64,000 nucleotides of DNA from Meyerozyma guilliermondii. Lineage: Eukaryota. Location of the stretch: assembly GCA_051546255.1 (NCBI GenBank), contig CP128816.1, positions 1,860,001-1,924,000 on the forward strand, in the 5' to 3' direction. The notes beneath the pieces were generated by a model. That model was not told the DNA's origin. It saw only the letters and a program-made list of their open reading frames with translations, and did not search any database. This document shows, piece after piece, positions 43,501-53,964 of this stretch. How positions within the stretch are numbered: the stretch's first letter is position 1; every line of letters starts with the position of its first letter. The position numbers were made by a program, and so were the translations under genes.

Positions 43501-44237
43501 CGTACTTCTTGGAACTGTTTGGATGCCTTTTTCCATGCTGGGGTATCGCCCTGCTTTGAATTGTGGATCATTGTGTTGGTTGACAGAAGGAAAAGTGGAG
43601 CCAGGTCAACTTGGGTATTGGGAGATTGCCTATTGATACGAACAGATGAGGAGAAATTCTCCTCGTTCCATTTTTCTCCCAATTCCGGTGGCATCCAATC
43701 TGGTGTGCTATTGAAATCCAAGGTATTTTTCTTACTCAAAGTAGACGTTCGAACTGGACCATCATCTGGTTGACGTAATTCTGTAGTGCCATTTTCAGCG
43801 GTATGAGACTTTTGGTTATCCAGTTCCACACTGATCTGGGAGTTTTGTAAAGAATCTCGACGTTGGTCAGATTGCTCGTTCATTTTGCCCAAGGTTTGTT
43901 TGGTTCTGGCATTTGGATGCGATTTGTACTTGAAAGTATTGGGAATCGAGTTGGCATTATTGGAGTTTAATGAGTTTGGACCACTCATAGGGAACGAATT
44001 ATTGCTATCGAGGTGAAAATCGGCATTCCGGGCGTATTTAAGCTTGTTTTGGTACGCCTGGACGGGTTCAGCTGCAAATTTGGGAGCTGGTTGATCGGTA
44101 GAAATTGGCTTGGAAGCACGAGAAGCATCATCTGAAGCCTCCAGAACGTCACTGAGCTCTGTGGCTTTCATATACGCCAGGATTCGGGCTGCGGTGCTAC
44201 TTGGATTTGACACTGAATCCAGGGCAACACGGCTCAT
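40512..44237 (-). CDS. NUD1: Spindle-pole-body LRR scaffold (Nud1/S. pombe Cdc11-like)
   Basis: Low-complexity N-half with SPLKLFG..YNTFT, many C-terminal LRRs and LRR cap (LRKLDG); start ATG approximate. Confidence 0.8.
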   Translation of the reverse strand: MSRVALDSVSNPSSTAARILAYMKATELSDVLEASDDASRASKPISTDQPAPKFAAEPVQAYQNKLKYARNADFHLDSNNSFPMSGPNSLNSNNANSIPNTFKYKSHPNARTKQTLGKMNEQSDQRRDSLQNSQISVELDNQKSHTAENGTTELRQPDDGPVRTSTLSKKNTLDFNSTPDWMPPELGEKWNEENFSSSVRINRQSPNTQVDLAPLFLLSTNTMIHNSKQGDTPAWKKASKQFQEVRKSQPQLQNIFASELLKTETKSDNRFHDSISNSMTSTTSNSMASVPLHLSKDQLQHLEHLLEQEGVPAYVPNPESPLKLFGDKYNTFTKDKLADVLQKMNKPPKFEIPDTLNYTQHNSSVQEDSEEVKMPTQKQEPTHEDKASQPKFMIRDFTKSGSYSEQQFLQNANNIFSNIQKRGFKTANEKDQMQTTATSTPKNAKVIDDDYSSFTTGFDDESSSISASKRGDDDYTSVGSRESHSFHNSTQPVTTNNDSRLSVENLEKLDSLSFVDTVDETGAASNYIAELHSPSNDYDFQHLRSRLNELEHLVTTDHHQVMEQLKNENKQLRDIIRELGRQERTSVSRLLRNQTSGLADHSFNDAEQLIKWKRASQLGLRHRKHQSNEFPRPTTVDHNDENSLKAQQFRHDVGKIKPSNALPTSYNNMVLDVENQRWIPNDKENDMGGSLDSIEDLETMNERENSILKPTDGNRVLKAKNHKQEVSFHLPHESETSTPKRRSPMPGDVTQVSQLDDVTFTQTHKKLVSLLTETIPESLWGKVTDVNLSALQLDSVEGLADFLPNLVSANIADNNIKFLAGIPESILLLNASKNDLRNVTSFQNFQALQQLLLADNNLSLVENLRHNVHLNRLLLANNQISSLNGLEGLRNLIYLDLSRNLLSGEIDFSNFDLPNVQEINLSDNRITSIVGIERLHSLRILNVNDNSISRMSCEGVHPLMKKLLVKSNKLRLLDVGAFPFLRVLRFDGNYLRSVENLHKLEHLDEISLKSQHKDDLIRHVLQNIVLSRALDLSGNTQFSFTASRRFVGVNCLTMAAMEYDELPSNLSSQFPNLFEINLNFNRLNVLSGLEGMCNLKRVFLVSNNIFKIKDIISSLSASRDSLEVLDLRLNPINVELYPYVFSPNEVDADDPQPIQLETLDDIESFAIHYRALTKNTSNWEERDSEYIEKKISRNQEKLNQRVRYETLLVNYFPKLRKLDGIAVTKEKRRWCKDQLRDLATE

Positions 44238-44882
44238 ATATTGTTTTGAGATCAAGCGGCTGCACAGAAACATAAACACTTCCGGTGTACGGGTGCGTTC
44301 ACAGAGAGGTTGGGGAAGGGTTTAGACGGTCCACGAAAATGTCTGAAATCATGTACTGGATATAGCTTAGTTGGACTATTCCATTCCTGATTCTTACTAC
44401 ACCCTCAAGCTAAACTCAAAACTCGAAAAAATTAGCTTGCGCTTGCATTCCCTGAAAAATCCCTGGCTAGCCCGTCCCGTTTCTGTGCAGTACCTCAGGT
44501 GCTCCAATTCCTGCGACCTATCCGCCAGACGACGGTCTTTATATTGGTGCTAGAGTAGGAATTACGATAAAATTCTATATAAACCTCCTTGATTTACAGT
44601 GCATTGTGTACGGGAGGCGAGAACGTGTCAGATCATATCCAATTGAAAAATACACCTTCTGTTGAAGTTGAAAATTCCACCACAATCTTAGTACTTGAAG
44701 CAGGAATTCAAGGATATTAAGCGGCTTTTCAATATCTTGGTATTTTTATACTGAAAAGTGCTATTCGGATACATATTGTGCTGAATAACTGTCCGCAACC
44801 TCGAAACCACCACCATTCACTTCTGGACCAGTCAAAATTTCACAACATTCTAACCAATTATAATTGAATAATTGACACCACA

Positions 44883-46928
44883 ATGTCGTTTGATTACACC
44901 ACATCCAGTACTGCTAGTCACCAACACCAACAGGAACAAGAAATGCTTTCGAGTTTTGCCGTTCCGAAACCACCGGTCAGTACCCAACAATCTAGTGCTG
45001 CAGCTGAAAGCGATACGATTGCCTCTAATGATGCACCGCGAACTTTATGGATGGGTGATCTTGACCCTTGGTTGGATGAGGCAGCCATTGCCGATCTTTG
45101 GTACCAATTGCTAGGCAAGAAAGTCACCATCAAAATCATAAAGCCGAAAAATGTCAGGGGATCAATGTCATCAAGTGGATTGTCTCATTCAGGCTACTGT
45201 TTTGTGGAGTTTGAGTCATATGAGGATGCTCAACAGGCCTTGAGCCTCAATGGTCAACTTCTCCCCGATATCGCTATGCCATCTCAGCAACTGTTCCCCA
45301 ACAATCCAGACAATCAAAAGAAATACTTTCGTCTTAATTGGGCATCGGGTGCAACCTTGACTGCTCCTATAGTACAAGGACCCGAATATTCGTTGTTTGT
45401 TGGCGACTTATCGGCGTCAACCACAGAAGCGCATCTATTGGCGTTTTTTCAAAAAAGCTTTCCCAATTCCATCAAGACAGTTCGAGTTATGACCGATCCC
45501 GTTACGGGAAAACTGAGATGTTTCGGTTTTGTTCGCTTCACAGATGAGTCAGAAAGACAGCGTGCCTTGGTCGAGATGAATGGAGCATGGTTTGGAGGAA
45601 GGCCCTTGAGGGTTGCTTTAGCGACACCTCGAAGTAGTGGAAAAAGATTTGGTTTCCAAAATATGTATCCATTCTGGGGCGGAGGGGCTCCATATTACCC
45701 TTATGGATACGCTGGAGCTCCAGGTCTGCCCGATTACGGAAACATGGGAGGACTCAATGAAGAAGATGATTACGGAGGTGCACCACCACCACCTCCCCCT
45801 CCCCCTCCTCCAGGTCAAATACCATATCCACCACCCGTCCAGCAATACACCGATCCCAATAACACAACGGTGTTCGTTGGCGGTCTTTCTTCGGACGTTA
45901 ATGAGCAAACACTTTTTACTCTATTCAAGCAATTTGGTATAATACAACAAATTAAAATTCCACCAGGAAAGAATTGTGGTTTTGTCAAGTATACCAATCG
46001 AGAAGACGCTGAAGAGGCCATTGCGTCCATGCAAGGATTTATCATTGGCGGAAATCGAGTGAGATTGAGTTGGGGAAGAGTGCTGGCAAGTAACAAAAAA
46101 TTCCAGCAACAACAGCATCAAGTTGCTCAAGCGGCTCAGATGGAGGCAGCAGCAGCTCTATCTATGGGTATGGACCCTTCTTCGGCCATTGCGGCGGCAG
46201 CTGCGGCAGCTGCTGCTGGATATCCTATGGGACAAATGCCAATGGGAATGATGAATTATCATCCAGGAATGCGTGGAATTCAAGGCCATCCTGTTGGAGG
46301 CGAGGGTTCACAGCTGCCAGCACAACTTATGGAAGGACAAGGACAGTATGCTGGTCAGCCACCTCCTTTCGCTGAGCAATTGCAATATGATGAGCGACTT
46401 GGAAATTTACCTGGTCAAATACTGGGCCAGATTCCGGGCCAGGTTCCAGGCCAGGTTCCTGGACAAATGCCTGGGCTTTACTTACCGAGCCAGATAATTC
46501 CACCACCGGGTGCTGCACCACCAGGTCAAGTGTGTGCAATGGGATCGATTCACTCGAATGGAAATGAGTTTAGTGCACCGGAAACTGGAGTGGAAAATTT
46601 GACATCTACAATTGCACAAATGTCTGTTGGAGAAGGAACGATGAAGAAGACGATAATACCACCCGGAATCCAGCCCGATCTGGCAGTTTTAGCATCTGAA
46701 GAGGGTACGACTGTAACTACAAATGGTATCGAGCATGCGAAACAAGAAAAGAGTGGTGAAAAAATCGGTGAAAAAGTCAAGGAAAAAGAAAGCAATGAGG
46801 ATAAAGCGGAACAAAAAGGGACAGGTAAGGAATTAGGCGATGGAAAGGCAGGCGAAAGGGTTACTGGCGGTGAAAAAGTGAGAGGTTCCGCATCAACTGT
46901 TGATGAGAATGAACCAAAAAAGAACTAA
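44883..46928 (+). CDS. NGR1: Three-RRM RNA-binding protein (Ngr1/Nam8 family)
   Basis: RTLWMGDLDPW, FRLNWASGATL, YSLFVGDLS, DPNNTTVFVGGL, RVRLSWGR. Confidence 0.85.
   Translation: MSFDYTTSSTASHQHQQEQEMLSSFAVPKPPVSTQQSSAAAESDTIASNDAPRTLWMGDLDPWLDEAAIADLWYQLLGKKVTIKIIKPKNVRGSMSSSGLSHSGYCFVEFESYEDAQQALSLNGQLLPDIAMPSQQLFPNNPDNQKKYFRLNWASGATLTAPIVQGPEYSLFVGDLSASTTEAHLLAFFQKSFPNSIKTVRVMTDPVTGKLRCFGFVRFTDESERQRALVEMNGAWFGGRPLRVALATPRSSGKRFGFQNMYPFWGGGAPYYPYGYAGAPGLPDYGNMGGLNEEDDYGGAPPPPPPPPPPGQIPYPPPVQQYTDPNNTTVFVGGLSSDVNEQTLFTLFKQFGIIQQIKIPPGKNCGFVKYTNREDAEEAIASMQGFIIGGNRVRLSWGRVLASNKKFQQQQHQVAQAAQMEAAAALSMGMDPSSAIAAAAAAAAAGYPMGQMPMGMMNYHPGMRGIQGHPVGGEGSQLPAQLMEGQGQYAGQPPPFAEQLQYDERLGNLPGQILGQIPGQVPGQVPGQMPGLYLPSQIIPPPGAAPPGQVCAMGSIHSNGNEFSAPETGVENLTSTIAQMSVGEGTMKKTIIPPGIQPDLAVLASEEGTTVTTNGIEHAKQEKSGEKIGEKVKEKESNEDKAEQKGTGKELGDGKAGERVTGGEKVRGSASTVDENEPKKN
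46410..46476 (+). repeat. 12-bp coding repeat, PGQ(I/V/M) about 5 times, in the NGR1 tail
   Basis: cctggtcaaata ctgggccagatt ccgggccaggtt ccaggccaggtt cctggacaaatg cctggg. Confidence 0.75.
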
Positions 46929-47080
46929 CATATCTTAAAGTTTAGGCATAAATAGAAGTGATAGGTTCCATGTATGTTAATGTAGTTGCCACTACAAATG
47001 TTCTACAAATTCTCAAAAACATATTCACTCATCTACATAACGAATCATAAAATCAAACTAGGCAACACTCCTGGTATCGC

Positions 47081-47533
<453 letters not shown>

Positions 47534-47784
47534 TTAATCCCGCACATTCGTGACGGCAAATTGGGGGCGGCACAAAAGGCAAATTTTGTAAGGGAGGGGC
47601 TTTGCTTATGGAACGCGTTATGTAAGCGCGCGGGATTCGGTGTTTCGAGGTTATTGCAGCCATGGAGTTGGATAGGAGTTGATATACCTTCTTTCTTTCG
47701 TTTCTTTCGTTCTCTCTTGCTCAGCTTCTCTTTCCTCTTCCTTCATCGTTCTTTTTTACAATCTCTCAATATATTATTGCTACG

Positions 47785-48417
47785 CTAGTTTCTGTACCAC
47801 AACCTGGTGATTCTTGTTCTCATCATCTTCTTTTGCAACCTGAACACTCCGTACATCAATGCTTCGGCAGTAGGAGGACATCCTGGAACATACACATCGA
47901 CAGGAATGAGTCTGTCACAACCTCTCACCACTGAGTATGAGTAGTGGTAATAACCACCTCCATTGGCACAAGAACCCATAGAAATAACCCATCTAGGATC
48001 AGCCATTTGATCATAAACCTGTCTTAAAGCAGGACCCATCTTGTTTGTGACGGTTCCGGCCACAATCATCACATCGGATTGACGAGGAGATGCTCTGAAA
48101 ATAATACCAAGTCTATCTTGATCGTATCTTGGTGCAGAAACATGCATCATTTCCACAGCGCAACATGCAAGACCGAAAGTCACGGGCCAGAAGGACGATT
48201 TTCTCGCCCAGTTAGCAATAGTATCAAGCGAAGTCAACACATAATCCACGGGTGATGATGCAGTTTTTTGTGAGATCAATGGCATATCGGTAGGCAAAGG
48301 CTTTGGCGTCAAATCTTTGGAAGATATATGACGATAAGCATGCAAGGGGACCATCGAGACCATTCTGGGCTGTCTGAAGGCCGCAGCCATCACTGAGCGT
48401 GGTGCTAAAGAGTACAT
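47785..48417 (-). CDS. NADH:ubiquinone oxidoreductase PSST/NDUFS7 subunit, mitochondrial
   Basis: [38 protein letters not shown]; presequence from ATG 48417. Confidence 0.96.
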   Translation of the reverse strand: MYSLAPRSVMAAAFRQPRMVSMVPLHAYRHISSKDLTPKPLPTDMPLISQKTASSPVDYVLTSLDTIANWARKSSFWPVTFGLACCAVEMMHVSAPRYDQDRLGIIFRASPRQSDVMIVAGTVTNKMGPALRQVYDQMADPRWVISMGSCANGGGYYHYSYSVVRGCDRLIPVDVYVPGCPPTAEALMYGVFRLQKKMMRTRITRLWYRN

Positions 48418-48642
48418 GGCGTTAAGTATCAGCAAGAAAAAACTGGTGTTGATTGGCCGCGCACCGGAGGTGTGGGTGTGAAATGAAGGAGGTGCATGGG
48501 TGCAGAATGAGAGAAGCCTACCAAGAGTATAGAGAACCAAATCGTCAAAACCCCTTGTACTTTATTCTTCATTTCTGCTATCGTTACTTTTACTATCATT
48601 TGGTCTTCTTATCATTACTAATATACCGATTTTTTTTCATAA

Positions 48643-48936
48643 TTATTGAATCACATCTTCCAAATACTCCCTTATTCTCGTCATTATTTCCTGCCGAACC
48701 TCATCGGGAACCATCAGCTCGGCTTGCGGCTTCACCATTGCATATAGACGTTCAAACGTCAAATTTTTGTTGTCTTCTTGTTGCAATTCAGTGGTCGCCA
48801 ATTGTCCCACTTTATCGTACCATCCATTTTCATATAGCTTCAACTTGAGCTGCTTGTTGATCAACTCGTAGTTTCCTGACGAAATAAGATGGTCCTGGAT
48901 CTTAGCCCGAATTTGGTCCAACTCATCTTGAGACAT
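48643..48936 (-). CDS. SUS1: SAGA/TREX-2 subunit Sus1/ENY2
   Basis: IRAKIQDHLISSGNYELI..LKLKLYENGW...VPDEVRQEIMTRIREYL. Confidence 0.9.
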   Translation of the reverse strand: MSQDELDQIRAKIQDHLISSGNYELINKQLKLKLYENGWYDKVGQLATTELQQEDNKNLTFERLYAMVKPQAELMVPDEVRQEIMTRIREYLEDVIQ

Positions 48937-48986
48937 AGGAAGTTTATGCTATGAGCGAGGTCCGACCACCTGAAAATAGTGTCAAA

Positions 48987-48995
48987 GTCACGTGA
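48987..48995. promoter_or_regulatory. Cbf1-type E-box in the 99-bp SUS1/YSA1 bidirectional promoter
   Basis: GTCACGTGA. Confidence 0.55.
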
Positions 48996-49035
48996 GTCTC
49001 CACCCACCCCACCGATTGCGAATTATAGCAACGGT

Positions 49036-49704
49036 ATGAATCGATTTAGACCAGCAATTTTCCTCAGAAGATACAGTATGGGACGTCCTTCTCCTTACAA
49101 TGCGCGTGTGGACCTGATAGAGAATGAAGGTGAAGGCAAATTTGTGCAAACCCGCAAGATCAATTACACAGATGCGGCAGGTAAGAACCGGATCTGGGAG
49201 ATGGCCATCCGGCCAACACGCACTGAAACCACCGGAATAGATGCGGTATCGATCGCTGCAATACTAAAAGATGCGAATGGGAAAAAGAATGTTTTGGTAA
49301 CAAAGCAGTTTCGTCCCCCTACTGAGAAAGTGGTTTTGGAGTTCCCCGCGGGACTTATAGACCCCAACGAATCGGTTGAGAGTACGGCAGTACGAGAATT
49401 GTTGGAAGAAACAGGGTATGTTGGCACTTTCAGCCATCTGTCACATAAGGAGATGCCACTTTTCAGCGATCCAGGACTCACCAATGCTAACATGGCATTG
49501 GCATTTGTGGATGTGGATATGAACGACGAACGTAATCAAAACCCTGTACCTCAATTGGAAGATGGTGAGTATATAGATGTTGTCAAGGTGCCCTTGAAGG
49601 GCATGCTAGAGGAATTGCGCAAATTGTGCACCAGCGAGGGCTGCGTAATCGATGCCAGATTATACCATTTTGCGGAGGGCATTGAAATTGCACAGAAGAT
49701 TTGA
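49036..49704 (+). CDS. YSA1: ADP-ribose pyrophosphatase (Nudix)
   Basis: QFRPP, Nudix box GLIDPNESVESTAVRELLEETGY, SDPG, IDARL. Confidence 0.92.
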   Translation: MNRFRPAIFLRRYSMGRPSPYNARVDLIENEGEGKFVQTRKINYTDAAGKNRIWEMAIRPTRTETTGIDAVSIAAILKDANGKKNVLVTKQFRPPTEKVVLEFPAGLIDPNESVESTAVRELLEETGYVGTFSHLSHKEMPLFSDPGLTNANMALAFVDVDMNDERNQNPVPQLEDGEYIDVVKVPLKGMLEELRKLCTSEGCVIDARLYHFAEGIEIAQKI

Positions 49705-49852
49705 GCTGAGCAAAGTAGAGGATGGTTCGTTAAGATATATAATGTTTCAAAACGACTACTGACAATTTTCTGATTTTTTATGCTTGTCCTGATATTACTG
49801 CTGCAGTCCTGTCTCACTCTCAACTATTCGCACATGTTTTCTTCTTCACACT

Positions 49853-51571
49853 ATGAGTGACGTGTGCTGCTTTTGTCTCGGAGGCAGTTCCGATATCCCT
49901 GCGTTTGGCACCCGGGATGATGCTCGTGATTTCGTCAACCCCTGTGCAACTTGTTCCATTGTGGCCCACCGCAAGTGTCTTTTGGACTGGTTCAATTCGA
50001 TTCCTGAAGATAAGCTCCAAGTGATCGATCGAGCAGAATTACTTGAAACGATAGCTGGCCGTCGCCGGATGGATGAGGATTCAACCAACACGGGAAATAT
50101 ACGGATTGATATAAATTTCAGTACCGAGCTGATTCGAGAATGGTTGTTTCGTTTTGTGGGCATGGATAATAGCTCTGACAGCGATCAAGAGTTGAACGAT
50201 CAAGACCCTCATAATCAAGTTGGAACCGCTGGAGGCGAACCCTCGCACGAAGAAGATGCTTCGGTGAACCCTTCTGCTGTGAACGAAGATATATCGACTG
50301 CTATCACAAACCTTGCTCTTCTTCATCAACATCCACAAAGTGAGACGCAGGCTCCTTCTGATCAAAATGTGACTTATCTTCTTGCACCATGTCCCCAATG
50401 CAAAAGCGAAATAGTCGTATCGATGACTGAATCGGCACTTCTTACGTTCGTCAAGTCCACAAAAGCTATGGCCATACGAACGCTCTCGGCAACTGTGCTT
50501 TGTCTCGGAGTAACTTCTGCTGTCACAGGAGTAATGTCGCTTGGATATGTGGGACTCACAACTTGTGGGTTGAAGACTTTGGAAGCGTTGGTTCCTGGTC
50601 GTATATTGGTTTCAATGTTGCGTCGTCCAGGTGTTCGCATTCCCTTTGGCAATGAGGCATCCGCCTTTTCTGGTCCTTTGGAATCGGCCATCTCCAGCGG
50701 AATCATAGATCCGTTCAAGTTTCTGCGCATACCCATACTTCCGGTGGTTCTCTATAGGATGCGTAGCTCGTCCATACTCTCATTGCTGTCTCAAGACAGC
50801 AACTGGTTCACAGAAATCATGGTGGCCGCATACATTTCATCTTTGGGAAATAACGAGCTTGTTGGCAATATTGCCCGCCTATTACGCACACTGTTGGTGC
50901 AAAAGCTGCCTTATGCTATTATCGCTGCCGTCAAATCATTATCAATTTCGCTGTTGACGGCGCCTACTCTCATATCACTTCTCGTTCCTTTGCGATGGGC
51001 TTACGATTTGTTTTTCCGTCTTACCTTCAATCGGCTTCATTTTAACGTTGCTTTGCGTACAAGACCTCGCGAGATTGCTAATAGTATCAGTGAAGCTCGC
51101 TTGGAGCGTCTTGAAGACTTGTCTCGAGAAATGGCTCAGCTGTGGGATCAGGCTAGTAAAATGCGTCCTACTTCATCGAGAAATTTGTCCGAATGGTGTG
51201 GCTATGTGAAAAGATTAGCACTCTCGGATATTCCTAAGAAATACCTTGTTCTGTGGATGAGTTTTTGGAACGAAGAAACTCGTTCATGTCTCCAACATGA
51301 CTATCTGTCTGTGTTTCTTTTGAGATCACTGATGTTAAGAGGTATTACTACGGTTGCCTGGCCCTTCCTTGGTGCTAGAGTTGGAAGGGTCATATTCAAG
51401 TTAATTGCGTCGAGATTGGCTACTAAACTTGAACCTGAAACCATCATGCTCCTTGCCAATATTATGGGATTATTTGGGATAGCTTTGCTCAAAGATGTTT
51501 TCAATCTTTTCATAGCGACCCAAAAGGCTCGCCAATTACGCCAGATGGGGTGGGTTGCATGGAATCGATAA
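49853..51571 (+). CDS. Membrane RING-CH (RINGv, MARCH-like) putative E3 ligase
   Basis: CCFC...PCATC....HRKCLLDW ... CPQC, followed by several hydrophobic segments. Confidence 0.7.
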   Translation: MSDVCCFCLGGSSDIPAFGTRDDARDFVNPCATCSIVAHRKCLLDWFNSIPEDKLQVIDRAELLETIAGRRRMDEDSTNTGNIRIDINFSTELIREWLFRFVGMDNSSDSDQELNDQDPHNQVGTAGGEPSHEEDASVNPSAVNEDISTAITNLALLHQHPQSETQAPSDQNVTYLLAPCPQCKSEIVVSMTESALLTFVKSTKAMAIRTLSATVLCLGVTSAVTGVMSLGYVGLTTCGLKTLEALVPGRILVSMLRRPGVRIPFGNEASAFSGPLESAISSGIIDPFKFLRIPILPVVLYRMRSSSILSLLSQDSNWFTEIMVAAYISSLGNNELVGNIARLLRTLLVQKLPYAIIAAVKSLSISLLTAPTLISLLVPLRWAYDLFFRLTFNRLHFNVALRTRPREIANSISEARLERLEDLSREMAQLWDQASKMRPTSSRNLSEWCGYVKRLALSDIPKKYLVLWMSFWNEETRSCLQHDYLSVFLLRSLMLRGITTVAWPFLGARVGRVIFKLIASRLATKLEPETIMLLANIMGLFGIALLKDVFNLFIATQKARQLRQMGWVAWNR

Positions 51572-51615
51572 CTCATGTATATTTTCTATATCGTACACTC
51601 AGCATATACTTCTCA

Positions 51616-53964
51616 TCAATCATCATCATAGTTTTCATCTTCATCTACTTTGCGCATTGGTGGTTCAGGAGTATTCTGCTTCTCCACTGGTGCTTGTTGA
51701 GCAGCTGGTGCGGGCGATTGAGTCGCCGAGCGTCCTTTCGCAGCAGTAGGGTTTGTGGTTTGAGGTGCTGATTGAAGAGTGTCGATTGGCTCAGATGTTG
51801 CTGTAACTGCCACCGGTGGTTCTGGTGCCGCATTATTGGTCAATTCCACAACTGGTTCTGGTTTCAGTTCCGCAGGTACTTCAGCTGGCGGCACCGATGT
51901 AGCCAGCTCCAGTGCCGTCTCGGTTGCAGACGGACCTTGTAAGCCCGGAGAGGCAGTGCCTTTGTCAGGAACGGCTGGCAACCCTGGTCCCACTGATGTC
52001 CCATTCTCGTTGGTAGGCGCATTGGATACCTCTGGATTCACCGCAGCGGTGTTTTCAACTTGAGGAACAGCCTCGGGCAGTTTAGTCAAGGGTCTCGCAG
52101 TAGGCGTTTGAGTAGTCGCAACTGGTACTGAGGCGGCAGGTTGAGGTACACTTGGTGCAACAGGCTCTGAGACAACTGGCGCTGCTTGGACAGGAGCTTC
52201 AGTCGCTACAGGAGGAGCAGCATGGGATGGGACCTGAAGCAGCGGAAGTTGAGGAGCAGGGTTTTGTCCCAATTGCTCTTGAGCAGGTGCCGTAATTGGT
52301 GCTTTGGCTTGACTTTGGTCTTTAATTGTTGGTACATTAGGCACTTGGTTTTGGGTTTGTACTTCTTGTGCACCATTAGGAGCATTTAGAACAGAATGTA
52401 ACGCCGCATGTTGAGGTTGAGGGGTACGAGCCTTTTTAGTCTTCTTTTTGTCCTTCTTATCGTCCAATTCTCTCTTGGTGGTAGTTTTGGGCTTTTTGAT
52501 TCCTGGAGGTGGGGGCTGATTTTGTTGGGAAAAGGAAAGAGGACCAGGGGCGGGCATTGGAGGCTGACCAGGTTGACCGTGAGGTGCGGGAGGTAATCCA
52601 ACAGGAGCTGCTCCCGGTGGTCCTGGGGCACCAGGTGCATTGTTAGCACCGTTTCCGCCCAATGGAGGAGTGGGAACAGTACTTTCCAAAACCATGCCCT
52701 GTGGAAGACGCGGCTGTTGAGATACTGGAGGAGGTTGAGGAGGATGGGTGTTTCCTTCTTGTTGGTACTTGATTAACTGGTCGAGGCGAGCTTTGATGTG
52801 GGGGTTTCCCGGATCAAGTCTTTCAGCTTGGCGATAGGCATCGAGAGCATCGGAAATTTGATTATTGCAAGTTTCATACAAGGTTCCCAAATCGTACCAA
52901 ACTTCTGAAATGTACGGGTTCAAGCGAATAGCTCTTGTGTAAGCATCTAAAGCATCACGGTATTGCGAGATCTGGTAGTACAACACACCGATGGAACACC
53001 AGAAAGTTGGATTTCTCGAATCGCGATTAACGGCCTGCTGGAATGCTTCGTAAGCAGCATTGAAGTCGCCACGAAGCATATGGACACGGCCCAAGTAGTA
53101 CCAAGAGTGAGCATCCAGTTGGTCAATTTCCAACAGCAGACTCAAATATTTAAGAGCCTGAGTGAGATCTTGTTGAAATGGTTGATTTTGATCAGGTTTT
53201 GCCGGTTCTGCTTGGGAGTAAAGACAACCCAATTGTTGCAAGACCTTGGCGTGTTGAGGATTGACCTGAAGGACTCTTTCGTATGCCTCCTTTGCGCCAT
53301 TCCAGTCTTTCTGTTGTTCCAAAACTGAACCGATTTGAAACCAAACATCAGGCTGGGTAAGTGGTTGTGGAGGGCTTGCGAGTATATACTGGAAACATTC
53401 AAGAGCCAGCTGGAGTTTACCCTGGTGTTTGTAGATGATACCCAAACGGAAGTAAATTTCGTTTGACTTGTCAAATTTGGGATCGAGTTCAAGCACACGC
53501 ACGAAAGCTTCTTCGGCGTATTCAAGCAGACCATAACGATCATACAAAATTCCAATTCCATGCCAAAGTTTAGGAACGTTGGGGTTGTCAAGATAGTACA
53601 ATGCTCTCTGATAAGCAGCGTAAGCACGTTGGAGGTCATCCAACATGAGATAACAGTGACCTAAGAGACCCCAGGTTTCACCGTTTTCAGGGCTGTAATT
53701 AAGTGCCTGTTCATACAACTCGGCCGCCTTAAAGAAAACATCACGCAGACGATAGATGTTGGCAAGGCCAATAAGGGCCTCCAAATTGTTTGGGGAGTGA
53801 CGAAGGGCCGAGTCATAGGAGGCAAGGGCCCTTTCGTAATCACCAAGTGATTCCGCAAGCAGACCTATAGCAAGCCATGTGGAGGTTGTAGTTTCCTCGA
53901 GCATCAGGGGAGTCTCTCGAGGAACTATGCCATTTTGCTTGGGCATTACCGGAAGCGTGGCCAT
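51616..53964 (-). CDS. CYC8: TPR corepressor Cyc8/Ssn6
   Basis: TPR array with GETWGLLGHCYLMLDDLQRAYAAYQ, PTFWCSIGVLYYQISQYRDAL, and C-terminal RKVDEDENYDD. Confidence 0.96.
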   Translation of the reverse strand: MATLPVMPKQNGIVPRETPLMLEETTTSTWLAIGLLAESLGDYERALASYDSALRHSPNNLEALIGLANIYRLRDVFFKAAELYEQALNYSPENGETWGLLGHCYLMLDDLQRAYAAYQRALYYLDNPNVPKLWHGIGILYDRYGLLEYAEEAFVRVLELDPKFDKSNEIYFRLGIIYKHQGKLQLALECFQYILASPPQPLTQPDVWFQIGSVLEQQKDWNGAKEAYERVLQVNPQHAKVLQQLGCLYSQAEPAKPDQNQPFQQDLTQALKYLSLLLEIDQLDAHSWYYLGRVHMLRGDFNAAYEAFQQAVNRDSRNPTFWCSIGVLYYQISQYRDALDAYTRAIRLNPYISEVWYDLGTLYETCNNQISDALDAYRQAERLDPGNPHIKARLDQLIKYQQEGNTHPPQPPPVSQQPRLPQGMVLESTVPTPPLGGNGANNAPGAPGPPGAAPVGLPPAPHGQPGQPPMPAPGPLSFSQQNQPPPPGIKKPKTTTKRELDDKKDKKKTKKARTPQPQHAALHSVLNAPNGAQEVQTQNQVPNVPTIKDQSQAKAPITAPAQEQLGQNPAPQLPLLQVPSHAAPPVATEAPVQAAPVVSEPVAPSVPQPAASVPVATTQTPTARPLTKLPEAVPQVENTAAVNPEVSNAPTNENGTSVGPGLPAVPDKGTASPGLQGPSATETALELATSVPPAEVPAELKPEPVVELTNNAAPEPPVAVTATSEPIDTLQSAPQTTNPTAAKGRSATQSPAPAAQQAPVEKQNTPEPPMRKVDEDENYDDD

